Below, piece after piece: positions 1-17,540 of a DNA stretch of 64,000 nucleotides (positions within the stretch are counted from its first letter, which is position 1; each line of letters opens with the position of its first letter). The notes beneath the pieces were generated by a model. It searched no databases and was not told the origin of the DNA. It was given only the letters and a program-made list of their open reading frames with translations. The position numbers and the translations under genes are program-made. The DNA comes from the human T2T-CHM13v2.0 reference genome, Homo sapiens: NCBI RefSeq assembly GCF_009914755.1, contig NC_060927.1. One strand, written 5' to 3'.

Positions 1-301
1 AAGATACTAGGAGACACCAGTTGGAGATACTAGTTGACATCCTCGATTTGCTTTTTATTCAGTCAAAACATAAAAGCATGCATTACTCATGGCCAGATTA
101 TAGTCTAAAAGTATTTTCATCTAACTATCCAATTTTGAGTGAAAAAAAGAAACCAACACAAAATCATGTTGTCCTTTAATTTCACTTTAGGCATTCCTTC
201 CTTTTGCCCCAGCACAAAATTCAGGATTGTGTTTATTCCGTGAGGGTACTAATGGAGTCACATTAATGATCCAAACCCAAATTCTATGGGCCCTCACTCA
301 C

Positions 302-720
302 CCCGCCTGCATCTGCAGGACCTCAGTTGCCTGTGCCCCTCATGTAGGTCGAGTTGGCCTTGGAGAGGTGTGGTATGTGCTCATGAAGCGCTCTCCCTCT
401 GCTTGTGCTACTCCTGTTGTGTCATTATCCACTGGACCGCCACTGCAGGCTGCCGTATCTGTGGGTCCCACTGTCTCCGTGATAGCAGAGGCAACAAAGC
501 CATTTATGTCAAGAGCTAAAAGTTGCAAGATGTTGTACTGGGAAGTGGGCGAGAATGCTTCGTTCCTCTCTTGCCATTGTACAGCCAGCCAGTTCTGCTT
601 CAGCACGGCAAATGAAGCTGCTCTTGGTTTTTCTTTCTGATAGCCCTGAGCTTTCTCTCTCTCTCTGTGGTATCAAAGATCATTCCAGTGGGATTTGGGC
701 TTGGAGTTAAATCTAAGTGA
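302..720 (-). other. Candidate 5'/non-coding exon of a minus-strand transcript (upstream boundary unknown)
   Basis: Minus-strand donor GGG|GTGAGT at 302/301. Repeat-free, CpG-retaining unique sequence with a (GA)n tract at about 653-666. No frame is open across the whole block. Confidence 0.3.
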
Positions 721-1170
721 TTTAACAGCCACATGCTAAACTCGGAACTGTCCCTCCCCTCCAAAGTCTAAAGTTTCTTATTGCCGACTCTTTTTTTCCC
801 TTACAGTGAGGTCTCTCCCACAACACCTCTCAGCCCATCTCCAAGTTGTTTTCTGGTAGGTTCTGTCTACTTAGACTCAAACTGGAGCTTCTGTTGAACT
901 CATATTGTCCAAAGAGACCAAATTCTCCAAACAAAGGAATGTTTAATAAGCTTTGCATTGAATCAAGATTACTTTAATGTGTTTGCTGTAAGTAAATATA
1001 AATCTGTTCTTTTAAAAATAACACATTATTAAGCCACTGATTCAATCATCAGCAGGCTCAAGAGGTTAAGTGGAATCAGCTAAGGCAATTGATAGCACCA
1101 TAGATCTCTTTTATATGAGAGTAATTCAGGAGAAGTTCTCATTAAGCATCAAGGAGAAAAAGTTATTATT

Positions 1171-1470
<300 letters not shown>

Positions 1471-2622
1471 AGAAAAAGTTATTACTGAGGAACAAGTTTG
1501 AAAACTGTTCCAGAAAGATGCTCAGTTGGAGAGAATTTGTAAAAATAACAATCACACCATTTGAAGTAAAAGTTGTTTCCTTCTAGAAAAGTTTTGCTTC
1601 AGAAGGAGAGCCCATTCAGGAAATAAAAGCATTGGCTACCATGGAAATTTAGGGATGGGCAAGCCACAGATATTCAAGACCTTGTGAGGCTGCAGGATCC
1701 TGTCAATCTTTAAGTGATGATGCAGTGTGAATATCTTAGTATGGAAAGACTATGGGGAATTTGATTAATAGAAGACAACTGAAAAACGCTGTGGTTAAGA
1801 GAGAACAGTGCTATTTTTCTTAAATCCACATACTTCACAATGTTTCTTTTGTTTGTGTAGGCATTTGTTAACCAACAGCTTCCTTTACCATTTCCAGGGG
1901 GTTTTCTAGTTTGGTTTGTTCTCTGTGTTGGTACTCATATATTTATATTGATAACAACCAGTAACTAGCCACATTACTAAAGTACATTTTAAGCCCAGCA
2001 TGACTTTATTCCCTACTGTGGTAGGCTTGCAGCAGTGGACCAGGTAGCAATCTTCTCCAAAATGGCAGCCAACAGAGAGTGGAGCAGAGCCCAGAGAACA
2101 AACCATGAACAAGCCCCTTGGAATGGTGACAAGAATATTTTATTAAAGTTATCCTAGGATAGAAATCCCTAGGATATAAACTCTCAAAAATATAAGCCCT
2201 TTGTAAGCTATTATGGTTAAATACCAAGGAAAATATAACTTTAAGATTATAACAACTCATTCAAATACTTACTAATGCCTATTATTTTCTGGGCACTTGG
2301 CTAGACCCTGGAAATGTGGTAAGGCATGAGATACTTTCCGGGGTTTGGGAGAGCTTATAACTAGTGGGGGCTCATGATGTGCTTCAAAGAGAGTGGCCTC
2401 TTTCCTTCCTCCAGCACACCAAGCTGAGCCCTTCCCTGGAGATTTACCCAAACACATCATCCACTGCTCTGTGAGTAGCTTTCCTCTCGTTGCGTTTTTC
2501 AACTCCACTCAAATATCATCTCCTTCGGAGGGGCCTTCCTTGATTCCCACCTACCCATATGCTCGTGGCACTCTCTAAACAACATTTCACTTCAACCTCT
2601 TTTTGTCCTTCAAAAATGTGTA

Positions 2623-2893
2623 CAGGTTGCATATCCCTTATTCAGAATGCTGGGGACCAGAAAGGTCTAGGATTTCAGATTTTGTCAGATCTTGGAATAT
2701 TTGCACTATACCAGTTAAGCATCCCCCGAATCCAAAAGCCAAAATGAGCTTCAATGAGCACTTCCCTTGAGTGTCATGCCAGTGCTCAGAAAGTTTCAGA
2801 TTTCAGATTTCCCTGTCATGGAACTTCAGGGATGGGCAAGCCACAGATATTCAAGACCTTGAATTTTGTGAACATTTCCGATTTCAGACTTTT
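2623..2893. mobile_element. Tigger4a/MER46-type non-autonomous TcMar DNA transposon, carrying an internal insertion
   Basis: Starts TA|CAGGTTGCATATCCCTTATTCAGAATGCTGGGGACCAGAA; has repeated GATTTCAGATTT motifs and AATGAGCACTTCCCTTGAGTGTCATG, matching the recalled consensus. Confidence 0.75.
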
Positions 2894-2924
2894 GAATCAC
2901 ATTTTTATTGGAATATACATTGTT

Positions 2925-3090
2925 CATGTGTTTATTATTTGTCTCCTCCCACTAGAATGCAAACTGCATGATGGCAGGACATTTTGTCTGGCTTGCTTAC
3001 ATATATGTGTACCTAGCATCAAGAAAAGCATGCAGGAAGCAACCATGAAGGCTTTGAATGAAAAAATGATGGAAGTTGGATGAATGAATG
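2925..3090 (+). mobile_element. L2 3' end fragment
   Basis: GTCTCCTCCCACTAGAATGCAAACTGCATGATGGCAGGAC ... ending TGAATGAATG. Confidence 0.7.
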
Positions 3091-4329
3091 CAGTAATTAG
3101 TGCATTACAATCTAATATGATTATTGCTGTGGTAGCAGAAATATCTGGGCAGCACAGATCTAGGTACTTCATTGTATCTAACAAACAAGGGAGGGGACAA
3201 GGAATATTCTAGAGGATACAAAAACATGGACTTAGAAGAGGAGCCATTTTAGGAACTTCACAGGTAGGGAACTGGGGGAAGATGAATGAGAATGGGGGAA
3301 GAAGAATGAGAAATGGGCAGATAGCAGAGACCCACCCTGAAGGGATTAGTGAGCCCTGTTAGGGAATTCAGACTTTATTCAAAGGGCAACAGATAGACCT
3401 TGAACAATGGCAGGTGTTGGGGGCAGGTTGGGAAGGGAACAGGGAGTGAGGACAAATCTGTTGTAGAATGCTCACCCCAGAAGCACTGTGGAGAATGGAA
3501 TGGAAGAGACCTGTGAGTCAAGTCAGTAATTCAGGCAAGAATTGATAAGAAATTGAACTAAAGCCAAGGTTATGGGATCAGAATGGAGGGTATGGACTGG
3601 GGAGATTATCTGGAGGGAAAATCAATAGCAGAGGGAGGAGTCAGGTTCAATTCTTCAGGCAGCTGCCGTTCCTCAGCCAAGTTCTCCATTTTCCATAGGC
3701 ACTCCCCAGGGCCGCAGCTATGTTTTCTGGAGGCCATACTGAGGCTAGGGGTGCACTTCCCAGATCACCCTGATCGCCACATGCTCCAGGAAGATAGCCT
3801 TGCAGGTCAACCACTGCTGTTCGAGGCAGAAAACATGGTCTCTTGTGTTTTGGGCCACTTGTCAGCTCTAGCCCAGGGCACTTATATTCTGATATATATG
3901 GTAGGGTAGGATTTCAAAAGCTTTTCTCCTCTTTCTGATCAAAATCTCTTTTAGATAAGGATATCTGTCCACATCTACACTTATCTAAAAGCATTTGGCA
4001 AAGCCCAAATATGTGCTGGGCTCTGGGGGAAAGAACCCTGGCCCTCAAACATTCTGTGATTTACTGAAGGAGACAAACAAAAAGACAATTAGAATGCACT
4101 GAGGATAGTATTGCAATGGAAGCACTCAAACAAAAAGTAGAAAGCGAATACCCCTAATCTAAAGATGAGTTTGGAAAGAGGGTTACGGGTCTTGGATCAG
4201 TAAGAGATAAGAACACTTCCTCAAAGAGAAAAGCAACTCCTAACTAAAAGACAATAAACGAACCTTAAAAAAATAATGTCAGCTCAGGTATAAATAAATG
4301 CAAGTGCATTAAAAGCAGCCACAGTTAAT

Positions 4330-4548
4330 AGGTAATGTTTATCGAGTGCATGAAACGTGCCAGAAGTTATGGGTCTTGTATGTTTTTTTCTCATTTCATC
4401 CTCATACCAACCTTATGAGGTAGTACCACTTTTCGAGTTTTACAGACGAGAAAGCTGAGGCTCAGCAAGGTTGCATACTTTACCCCAGGTCACCCAATAG
4501 TAGTAGAGCAGGGAATCACACCTGGGCAGTCTGAGTACAGAGTTCCTA
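4330..4548 (-). mobile_element. MIR SINE
   Basis: Core TTTTACAGACGAGAAAGCTGAGGCTCAGCAAGGTT...CCCAGGTCAC. Confidence 0.8.
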
Positions 4549-5073
4549 ACTGGAATGTGGCCCTGTCCTTCACAGTTAGTGCCATTTGTCTACCCATCCA
4601 TTGTCCCTGGTCTCATACAGTACAGAATAGGAATTCAATTCAGAGTTGCCTGAGCCCAGGGCTTCTGCACTTTCACACAGCTAAGTCTTCAGGCTGGATG
4701 TATACTCACCATGGAGAAAAAGAATGAGGAAATACTCTCATAGAAAATGCACTTTGCCTTCATTTTCAGCTTTGTCTCAACTCTCTAAGGGATGGGCCAA
4801 TTCCCACTTCCTGCCTAAGTGCCTCAGTTTCACAAGGGAGTTTGTCAGAGGTTATTAGGCGTAGGCAGGGGAAGGCAGCCTGGGGAGGCTGACTCATCTC
4901 CGTACACCACTAAGCATCTTGCCCAGTGGATACTGAGGAAGCTGGTGTCACCCAATGGGCAGTCTTCTCAAGGAATCTTTGCCTGTAAATGCTATAAGAT
5001 CAAATACATACTTTTCTTCAAAAACAGTTATTTGAAAGTTGAATTGTTATATTGTTTATGAAAGACTGGAAGA

Positions 5074-5324
5074 TTTGGGAGGCCGAGGTGGGTGGATCAC
5101 TTGAGGTCAGGAGTTCAAGACCAGCCTGGCCAAGATGGTGAAACCCCATCTCTACTAAAAATACAAAAATTAGCCGGGCGTGGGATTAGCAGGCACCTGT
5201 AATCCCAGGTACTCGGGAGTCTGAGGCAGAAGAGTCGCTTGCACCCGGGGGGCAGAGGTTGCAGTGAGCCGAGATTGCACTTCAGCCTGGGCGACAGAAT
5301 GAGACTCCATCTCAAAAAAGAAAA
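5074..5324 (+). mobile_element. Alu (AluS), 5'-truncated
   Basis: Alu body from TTTGGGAGGCCGAGG to the A-tail; TSD AAAGACTGGA at 5061-5070 and 5325-5334. Confidence 0.92.
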
Positions 5325-6720
5325 AAAGACTGGAGGATTAGCCAGTATTTATGTTGAGATTTTTCAATATTTAGCTATCAGCCTCCCAAGGACCTGCTAA
5401 TCTCAGTAATGGAAGTCATGTTACCATTGATGGTCATATTTCACAAACTCCTTCTTGCATAAGTGCAAGACCTAGGTCTTTTCCCCACCTCAAAGGTGCC
5501 TGCATTATTTTTATGGGAGTCTGGGATGTCTCACATAGTCTCCTGACAATCCTTTTCCTCTGAGGCCTCCAGAATTCAGAACCATGGCTTCTGTTCCCCT
5601 GGGTGAGAGCAGCTTTCATGTCCCTTCCTGCCACTTCCCTCAAAGGCACAAATGAGCTGTGTTTCCTTCAAGCCTCCCTCTGTCAGAAACCTGGCTCTTT
5701 CCCATCTCCACATCTCTCCCTTACACCTCGCCATCAGGGAGGGCCCTGAACCAGCACTGCTTGTGTCATGAGTCTCAGGAAGTTGTTTGAAAAAAAGACA
5801 CCTTCAGGGTTACATCCAGCCCTCTCTCTCTCCATGGAACTCAGACTTGGAAGAGATTCCAGGATTCCTTCCCCATCCCCCTCCAATCTCCCTCCCAGGC
5901 ACCTGCACCCACAAGTACACACTCCTTCGCTCTCAGGCTTATTAACTCATCCAAGGTGGAGTTTCTCTCAAAGTGGGGACCCAGTTTGGGCCCACGTGAT
6001 ACCTTCTTTAATAAACATGGTCAAGTTAAAATTATTAAGGAGATACTAGAGTATCTCTAGTAGGGTAAGGCTGTCACATGATGAGAAAATAAAGGGATAT
6101 AACATCAAGAAAATTACCTCATTTGCAAATTTACTGTTTGCTTTTTCTTTTCTTTCTTTTTTCGTACTTAAAAAAAAATGAAGTCCAAGAAAGACACTTT
6201 CTCTCACCTTTTTGGAGCCTCTAGCCTGCCCTGGGAAGCCTGGTGGACTGGTGCTGAGAAGAGACCACGGCCCAGGTAGTTATGCAGCCTGCATGGTTGA
6301 TGGTAGAAGACCCAGGTGGGGAACAGAAAGACAGGAGTTTGTCACTCACCCTGCAGCTTGAACAAGACACTGAATCTCTGAGCCTTATATTTTGTCTTTA
6401 TGTTAAAATAGGAATAATTATATCATCCTGATGGGTTGTTTGGGGTCAAAGTAATTATCTATATTTTTGTAAATTGCAAGTTGTTATACTGTTGCTTGCA
6501 AAGAAGAACTACAACAGAAGTTTAGTCAGAGGTAAAAATGGAGTAAAGGGAAGGAGCAGGAGGTCGAGAAAAAGAGAGTGGTCTCTTAAGATTGTGAGAC
6601 ATATCAGAAGGTGGCAGGCCTGGGAAGGGAGTCAGTTCAGTGTAGGCCAGAGGAGGTAACCCAGGAGAGAGGAAGAAGCCCCAGCAGACAAGACAAGAAG
6701 AGGAGATTAAAGTGATATGA

Positions 6721-7069
<349 letters not shown>

Positions 7070-9744
7070 TGGATTGAGATTTTCTTAATAGTCCTAGATG
7101 CTCTTTGAAATGTTCCACTGCTATCTCTGGCATGATATTATAGGTGTTCCTGCCTGGCACACTGCAGAAACCTGAGGTTGGGAGGCTTGTTAGCTGAAAC
7201 ATATATTGATCTTATATGTATGAATCATTTCCAGTCGGACTCACTAGCCTGAGATTCCCTGGGGTGTGTGTGCACATGCAAGCACACTTACATGTGCAAG
7301 ACTCAACCCCAAGTCTGAATTACACACGAGTGACAAAGGGAATGCGTCTCCAATTCACCTCTAACTGCTAAGCTCTCTCTCTCCTGTTCTCTTTTTATGC
7401 AGCACCCATGGACCCTTCTAGCAGACAGCAACTTTTCTCTTTGACTATAAATTGAAGGCAATTCAATGTTTTACCCCTCAGATCAGGGATCATACTGAAA
7501 AATTCCTTCTGCACGAGCCAGTGTGAGCCTGGCAAGAGGCACAGGAGATGGTCACCAAGCTTGATAACGAAAATAAATTGTTTTGAAGAGATCGTTAAAA
7601 TTATGTTAGTAGGAATTGAATATTCAAGGTTACAGATTTAATTAATTATGAGTGTTTCTTTAGAATAATGTAATAAATGTTTCCTCTGAGGTTTCTGGTT
7701 GAAGCACTGGGCCTCATCTCAAGAAAGATTTAAGAGCATAAAGTATTTTAATTGTATAGATTGCAAGAGAGGGCATTTAAAATATGCAGAGTAATTGACA
7801 CCTTCTCAAACCCCAGATGCAACCCTATTTCTAACTGATAAGGTGATATCCTGGAGCCTCCATACAAGAAGTAGTTTTGCCCAACAAATGGGAGAAGCCC
7901 CTTTGACAGCGTGAAATTCCAGTCACGGTGATGTAGCTCTAAGGAATCCCAGGTGAGCCCATTCTCTCACAGCCTGAAAGCAGAACATGCAGCAATGAAA
8001 ATGTCCAATGCAGCTAGGACTTTTGTCACTCCATCTTTCTCTTTCTGCCTCATCTGAAGGGTAAATGACTTTGTGTTGTGTAAAAACATTTCACACCCCC
8101 TGTAAGAAGTGGGAATAAGGAGGCATGGGTAGCAGCAGTGAAGAGGTTTGAATGTCATTCTTTCTCATTTGAATAACTACCTTAAGAGTCCCCTTCTGTA
8201 GGAGTTAAGACCTCAAGTTTTATACAAAAGAGCCTTGGTCTGCATGCGATGTCCTCCCAGGCTTAGTTCACATTTTAAGAAAACTTCAGGGTGAGTGTAA
8301 TTCTTACTATAAAGGAATGAACCAATACTAGTTGAATCTTAGGCACCCGAACAGGCAGTTTGAGAAAGTTGGGTATGATTTCCCTGGCTCCTTTCAAGTC
8401 ACACCACAAGCAACTGCCTGGCACACAAGACAGACCTCTGTGCATACAGATGCATGTGTGGTGTGTAGTGGGAAGTTTGCTTTGGCTGGTCGTGGAGGGA
8501 TCCATTTGTCTGGGGAGGTCTGGACAGCCAGTGGAGGCACTGCCTCCCTTGCCATCTTAGCAGCTTTAAGAGGGTGGAGTATTTTTCTTTGAGGCTAAGG
8601 TTGGCACAGATAACTTCCTCACCGAAATTTTCTGCCAGACTGAGTTTGGTGGGTTTTTTTTGGTTTGTTTTTTTGTTTTTTTGTTTTTTTTTCATTATTC
8701 CACCCACCCCTCACCCCACCCTCCAATCTTTGGTTGTTTCTGGCTTTTTGGCATCTGTTCCCTGGGTCGTATTTTTTCCTTCCTGATGCAGTGGATGCAA
8801 AGATACGCTTTCTCTTGGGTGAAATTTACAAGCACATTTTCCTCCTTGACAGAAACAAAGAGCCACAAAGATTTCCTAGGGAGAGAAAAAAGCTTCCAGA
8901 TGCAGGGCTCCAAATGTGAGGGTTTTTTTCCCTTTGGCATTTTTTAAGCTTAATAATTACACTGGACATATTTATTCAGAAGAAGGCCCACAGTTTTCAT
9001 CCTAACAGGGACTTCATTAAAATTTCCAAGTAACAAATACATCTTTTCTCTGATGCCTGGGTTCCATGCCATTTACCTCTATCTTAAAGAAGTTACCTCT
9101 GAGACCTTGAGTTTCAACTCTGACTAGAGATGCAAGGCGATAGGGAAAGGTCCTTTTTTCCTCTCTTTTTTCTTAGCCATGGTGCAGAATAATAAAAGAA
9201 AAGGAATTCCTAAACTCTTGAACTGTTAGCAAACTTCTTTTAATTATCTCTAGTTAAAGGGCAACTGAGAAGACAATTATAAATGTCAAGAAGATTGTTC
9301 AACAAACTTTTATAACCCACAGCACACTTTTATATTTTTAAAAGTGATTAAAGCGTTCTAATTGGTATCATTTTCTATTTCAGAATAGTACTTTCCAAGA
9401 CTTAAAAAAATGCTTCAGTTTATAAGACCTGTAATCTAAAATTTTCACTAACCATAATCAGAATAATGTATGGGAAATACTTAGTTCATATATGGAAAAT
9501 CATCCACATTTTAAAAAAAAGTTTTGAAGAAACTTTTTAAAAAGTTGTAGCTACTTATGTTTGATTAGAAAAACATTTCTCTTGTGTGTGTTGGTAAAAC
9601 AGACTAAGTTCTAAGAAATCTTTATGGCTATATATCTTACATCTATTGATAAGCAAGCATGAAGATACTTAATTCAGGTAAAGGGCTTTAGCCCATTTTT
9701 ATTCTAATGGGAATAATACTAATGTGTATATGAATCCATTTTTG

Positions 9745-9840
9745 CTGCAGTTGGGCTGGGGCCAGAATGATATTCTGTATTTCTAACGAGCTCCCAGGAG
9801 ATGCCAATGTTGCCATCCTTGGACCACGCTGAGTAGCGAG
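9745..9840. mobile_element. MER5A-like hAT-Charlie fragment
   Basis: TCTGTATTTCTAACGAGCTCCCAGGAGATGCCAATGTTGCC...GGACCACGCTGAGTAGC. Confidence 0.65.
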
Positions 9841-11364
9841 AATGCAGAGGACAGCATGTCTACCTTTTCCTGAGCCTCCTTTCAAAGGATGAGATACGGG
9901 AATACTGGTATCACACAGCCCCGAGAATCCTGAGGTGGGAGCAGGGGAGGCTGAACCCTCTAGATGTACCCTGAGTATGTTTTTACAGTGGGTTCAAGTA
10001 TTTTAATCTGCTGTTCAAAAAATACATGAATTCGTCCTCAGTTCAAAGCCATAGGCTAGCTACTGTATGATGTGACACAATTCTGTATAACATAAATACA
10101 GTAATCTCATTAAATTTAACATCTGTGCCCTAATCATCACCTCTTTAAGGACTAAAATATTCTCCAGTGTTGTTGCTTTCTCCCCACTGTTTGAGGGAAA
10201 AAAAGTAAACCTATAGAAAAGTTGAAAGAATTACATGACAACTTTAAACCCTTCCCCAGATTTACCAATTATTAACATGCTGCTGTGCTTTCTGTCTCTC
10301 TCCTTACCCATCTATGTGTGTATATATATGTGTGTATGATAAATATTTATTTAGTTTATTTTCATGTTTTTATCTGAATAATTTAAAAATAAATTGCAGC
10401 TCTCCATTGCTTTTTATCATGTTATCATTTGTTTCTGTTAACAAGTTCGGCTGCAAACTGAATTGCTGACTGAGAGTCATGTGTGTGTGCAGGAAACCAA
10501 GGTGGCTTGGAGTTTCCCAGACTTTTTAGGTTCACGTTTACAGAGGAGAAAGCAAATGGTGGAAACTCTTGTTTCTCTTTAAAAATCTTTGACAGTTCAT
10601 CCTTATGTTCTACCCAGTTACCTCACTCCACACTGCCTTTATGATCCCACTAGTGACCACCAAAGAGAGGGAATCTAAGAGAGAAAGCAGAGAATAACTT
10701 ATTCTGCTAAACCCAACACAAATGAAAGGTGAGTTTGTTTCTTTCTCTGAGAGTTCGTATTTGGCTAATGAATTTTTGGATCTATGCTAAAAAAAGACAA
10801 AATCTCAGTCTTATTCCAAAGTGATTAAAATGATGGCCTATGCAAATACACGGTGACATTATGAAAGGGACATGTTAATGATTATTTAATTTATATGTAC
10901 CTGACGACACCTTTTTATTCCCAAAAGACCAGAAGCTAGCCCCATTAAAAGGTCTCTAAAAGATTATTTCTGAGAGTTTCCCAGAGAACTGGTACTTCAC
11001 TTATTCACTTAATCAACCGTCATTTAAGTTACCGGCACACAGGATACAAAATGGACAAAATCCATCCTACTCTTATAGAGTGTATACTCCAGCACAGAAA
11101 AAGATCCTGTATAATTAATTGACATGATATTGGGAGATTATGATGATGGAAAAAGCCAGTGCCATATATAAAGAGAAGTGCTAATGAATTTTGCCTGGGG
11201 CTTGAGCTGGTGTAGTTGTGTGTATAGATATTATGTGTGGGGGATGTGTTGTGGGTACTGGGGGCTCCTCCAGGAACCAGGTCAGCTGTGAAGGTAACCA
11301 CTTATGCCAGCAGTCTCTGTCAGAGGATAGGTGGTCAAATGAAAGAGTCTCAACATGTAATGTG

Positions 11365-11485
11365 AGAATCTTACTAAAATGCAGACTATGATTTAAAGGC
11401 CAGAGGAGCACCCTGAGAGTCTGTATTTCTAACTAGATCCCAGGTGACACTCAGGTTGCTTTTCCAGGGACAACACTGTGAGTAG
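11365..11485. mobile_element. MER5A-like hAT-Charlie fragment
   Basis: CTTACTAAAATGCAGACT...CTGAGAGTCTGTATTTCTAACTAGATCCCAGGTGA...ACACTGTGAGTAGCA. Confidence 0.6.
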
Positions 11486-11535
11486 CAGAGGTCTGGTAAA
11501 ATAGGTGGGGATTTTACATCAGAGAGAAGGAAGGG

Positions 11536-11653
11536 TTTTTTTCTTTTGTTTTTGTTTTTGAGACGAAGTTTCACTCTTGTTGCCGAGGTTGGAGTGCAAT
11601 GGCGCCATCTGGGCTCGCTGCAACCTCCGCCTCCTGGGTTCAAGCAATTCTCC
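11536..11653 (-). mobile_element. Alu right-arm fragment (Sp/Sq-like)
   Basis: T-tail + GAGACGAAGTTTCACTCTTGTTGCC...CAAGCAATTCTCC, then the match stops. Confidence 0.88.
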
Positions 11654-11681
11654 AGCACTTTGAGAAGGGAGGTGTTTTAGG

Positions 11682-12005
<324 letters not shown>

Positions 12006-12009
12006 TGAG

Positions 12010-12180
12010 AAGAGAGTTTTAATCCTGCCTCTACCTAGGATAGCTGGTGACCCTTGAGTAAATGACTGAACTTCAGCTTCCTTATCTGTAAAAATGGCCA
12101 TCATGTTATGTACCTTACAGCTTGTAAAGATTGAATAAGAATGTAAATACATGGGTCGTGACCAAGTAGAAGTTCAATCA
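12010..12180 (+). mobile_element. MIR SINE
   Basis: AATCCTGCCTCTACC...TGACCCTTGAGTAAATGACT...CAGCTTCCTTATCTGTAAAATGG. Confidence 0.7.
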
Positions 12181-13511
12181 AAATTATTTCCTTTTCCCTC
12201 AATTTTGAATATACAATATATAATTGCTTTAGAAAACAGATTTTGTTCCAAAAAACAAAATTCACTTAGCCTGTATGAATCCATTCAAAGTCTCATGACC
12301 CTTTTTCAAAGTAAATATTCCTGATATGTATTTGTTTTTATAGCAAATTAAGACTTTAAGATTTCCCTGAGGCAAAAACAAAACAATGGCCAAGTCAGAT
12401 AAGAATACAGGAAGTATTATGCCTAGTCCCATAACCTATCCACTAATCCACTCAACCTTCTCCTTAGTGAAGTGATGTAATTGATGGGAGAAACATGGGC
12501 AATTCTGGAACTTTCCAATATAGCCAAGGGAAAAGGACCTGCAATAATGTAGTTTCATAAACCTAAGAAGATTTCTTTAATGTACTTGGGAGAAGATAAT
12601 CGGAAATAAGCAGTAAACACCTAAAACCACATTTGCATAAGGTTTTACTGTTTCATTTTCTCATATAGTATGTAATTTGAGCCTCAAAAAATCTGATTTT
12701 TCAGGAAAGTCAGGTATGTTGCAAATGAGGAGACTGAGGCCCAAAGAGGTGAAGTGATTTCTTCACTCTACTACAAGTTATTGAGTAATAAAAAAGCCCT
12801 GCCCAAGATCGCCTGCTTTCACCATAATCTACGCTTTTGTTTTGCCAGGGGTGGGAGGTTAAGGTGGGGAGGGAGATGGGGGAAAGCAGGATAACGGTTT
12901 GTGTTCATGGGCAGTGAGCAGCAAAGAGGCTCTTAGAGTGGAATGCTTCCTCGGCTCAGAGAGTGGAATGCTTCTTTTGCCTTCCAGTCAACTCTGGCTT
13001 CAATGATTTAGTGCCTGTGTTCTCAGTGACATTTGTTGGGGTGGAGTTAAGTAAATCACGTTGAAGGGGGAACAAAATCTAACATGATTTATTTTTTAAA
13101 TGTTTTGGAAAATTCACAAGTTTCATTTTTGGATTCACCCAATAGTTTTCTTGTTTTCAGTATGCCTTTTTTCTGGCTCCAGTTCTCTCCTGTTTTCTCT
13201 ATTGGCTTCTGATAATATTCCAATTTAAGGAAGTTTGACAGATTATTAAAACACTTACATGAAATTCAGATTTTTTTCCTGAATATTGTTTAATATTTAT
13301 TGATACTTGGGAAGCATAAAGTCATTTTAATGAAGAACATATAAGGAATAGGATTAGCAGTTTATATTTTAAGTAAAATTCCTATTTTACTTATCACTAT
13401 CACACATCATTTTGATTGGCTTTCTCTGCAGATAAAATGTGTCCTACTAAAATTAAAAGATAACTAAACTTTAGAAAGCAATACTTTAGAAGACTCAGCA
13501 GCATATGCTAA

Positions 13512-13824
<313 letters not shown>

Positions 13825-13904
13825 GGTTTATTTGACCTTTTATTACCCACGCATCTTTCATTGTTACTTTTATTTTCTTTTGAATGTTTTTGAATTTAAA
13901 AACT

Positions 13905-14058
13905 TTTAAATACATTTTTAATTTTTACGAATACATAGTAGTTATACATATTTATGGGGTACATGTGATATTTTGATACAAGTACAATGTGTAATGAGCA
14001 AATCAGGGTAATTGGGGTATCCATCACCTCAAACCTTTATCATTCATTCCTTGTGTTA
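13905..14058 (-). mobile_element. L1MA-type 3' terminal fragment
   Basis: TATTTATGGGGTACATGTGATATTTTGATAC...AATCAGGGTAATTGGGGTATCCATCACCTCAAAC, typical of L1MA 3' ends. Confidence 0.8.
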
Positions 14059-14059
14059 G

Positions 14060-16492
<2,433 letters not shown>

Positions 16493-17152
16493 AAAATAGT
16501 AAGTTTTTGTCCTCCACTATGTACTAAATTCCTGGAAGGCAGAAACCATATCTTGGTTATCTTTCTATATTGTTGTAATAACCAGCAGAGTCCTTTGCTT
16601 TTTAATAGCACTCAATAAACATTTGTGAATTCAGGCTTCTGGATGAAGTTATTCAGAGAATTTGATGAACTGACTACATTAGATAACAGAATTTATTAGA
16701 TAAACAGATATTTTTCATCCAAATTCTCTGCTTTTCAGGGTCAAATATGAGACTGGGATGAAGAAACAATCCGTCTCTTTGAAAGCATGTAACTAGTCTT
16801 CTCACAGCTTTAAAGAGGAAAAAAATGTTAAACATTTTTTTCTTATAATGACAGCTCTGGCCCTATTCAAGAGGTCGCAGTTGTTACACAGCAATAAAAC
16901 CTGGTCAGAAATTCGTAGGTGCCTACAGGGCAGCACATGTCAAAGCTTAAATCCCAAGCAGGTTATAAGTGTCATCACGTTGAATTTACATATGCAATGA
17001 AATTCCCTAAAATCACAAATATTACTCACTGGTAGAGTGAGTAATTTAAGCAAACTTGCCTTTCTCAAGAGCTTCAGATATCCACATAATGGAAGTGTGT
17101 ATGCCTTCCCTGATTAAAACAACTGTTTTTGTGGCACCTTATGGTGCACCTC

Positions 17153-17540
<388 letters not shown>

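Noticed and set aside
227-640. 137-aa plus-strand ORF and overlapping 77/88-aa ORFs
   Set aside because: Non-ATG start for the longest, no recognisable domain and no plus-strand exon structure; consistent with chance frames in GC-balanced sequence.
7951-10735. Isolated plus-strand donor-like sites (CAG|GTGAGC at about 7953, AGG|GTGAGT at about 8291, AAG|GTGAGT at about 10730)
   Set aside because: No convincing paired acceptor or ORF; such motifs occur by chance at this density.
12848-12974. G-tract cluster (possible G4) and a 15-bp direct repeat AGAGTGGAATGCTTC
   Set aside because: One loop is 10 nt and such motifs are common; no supporting context.
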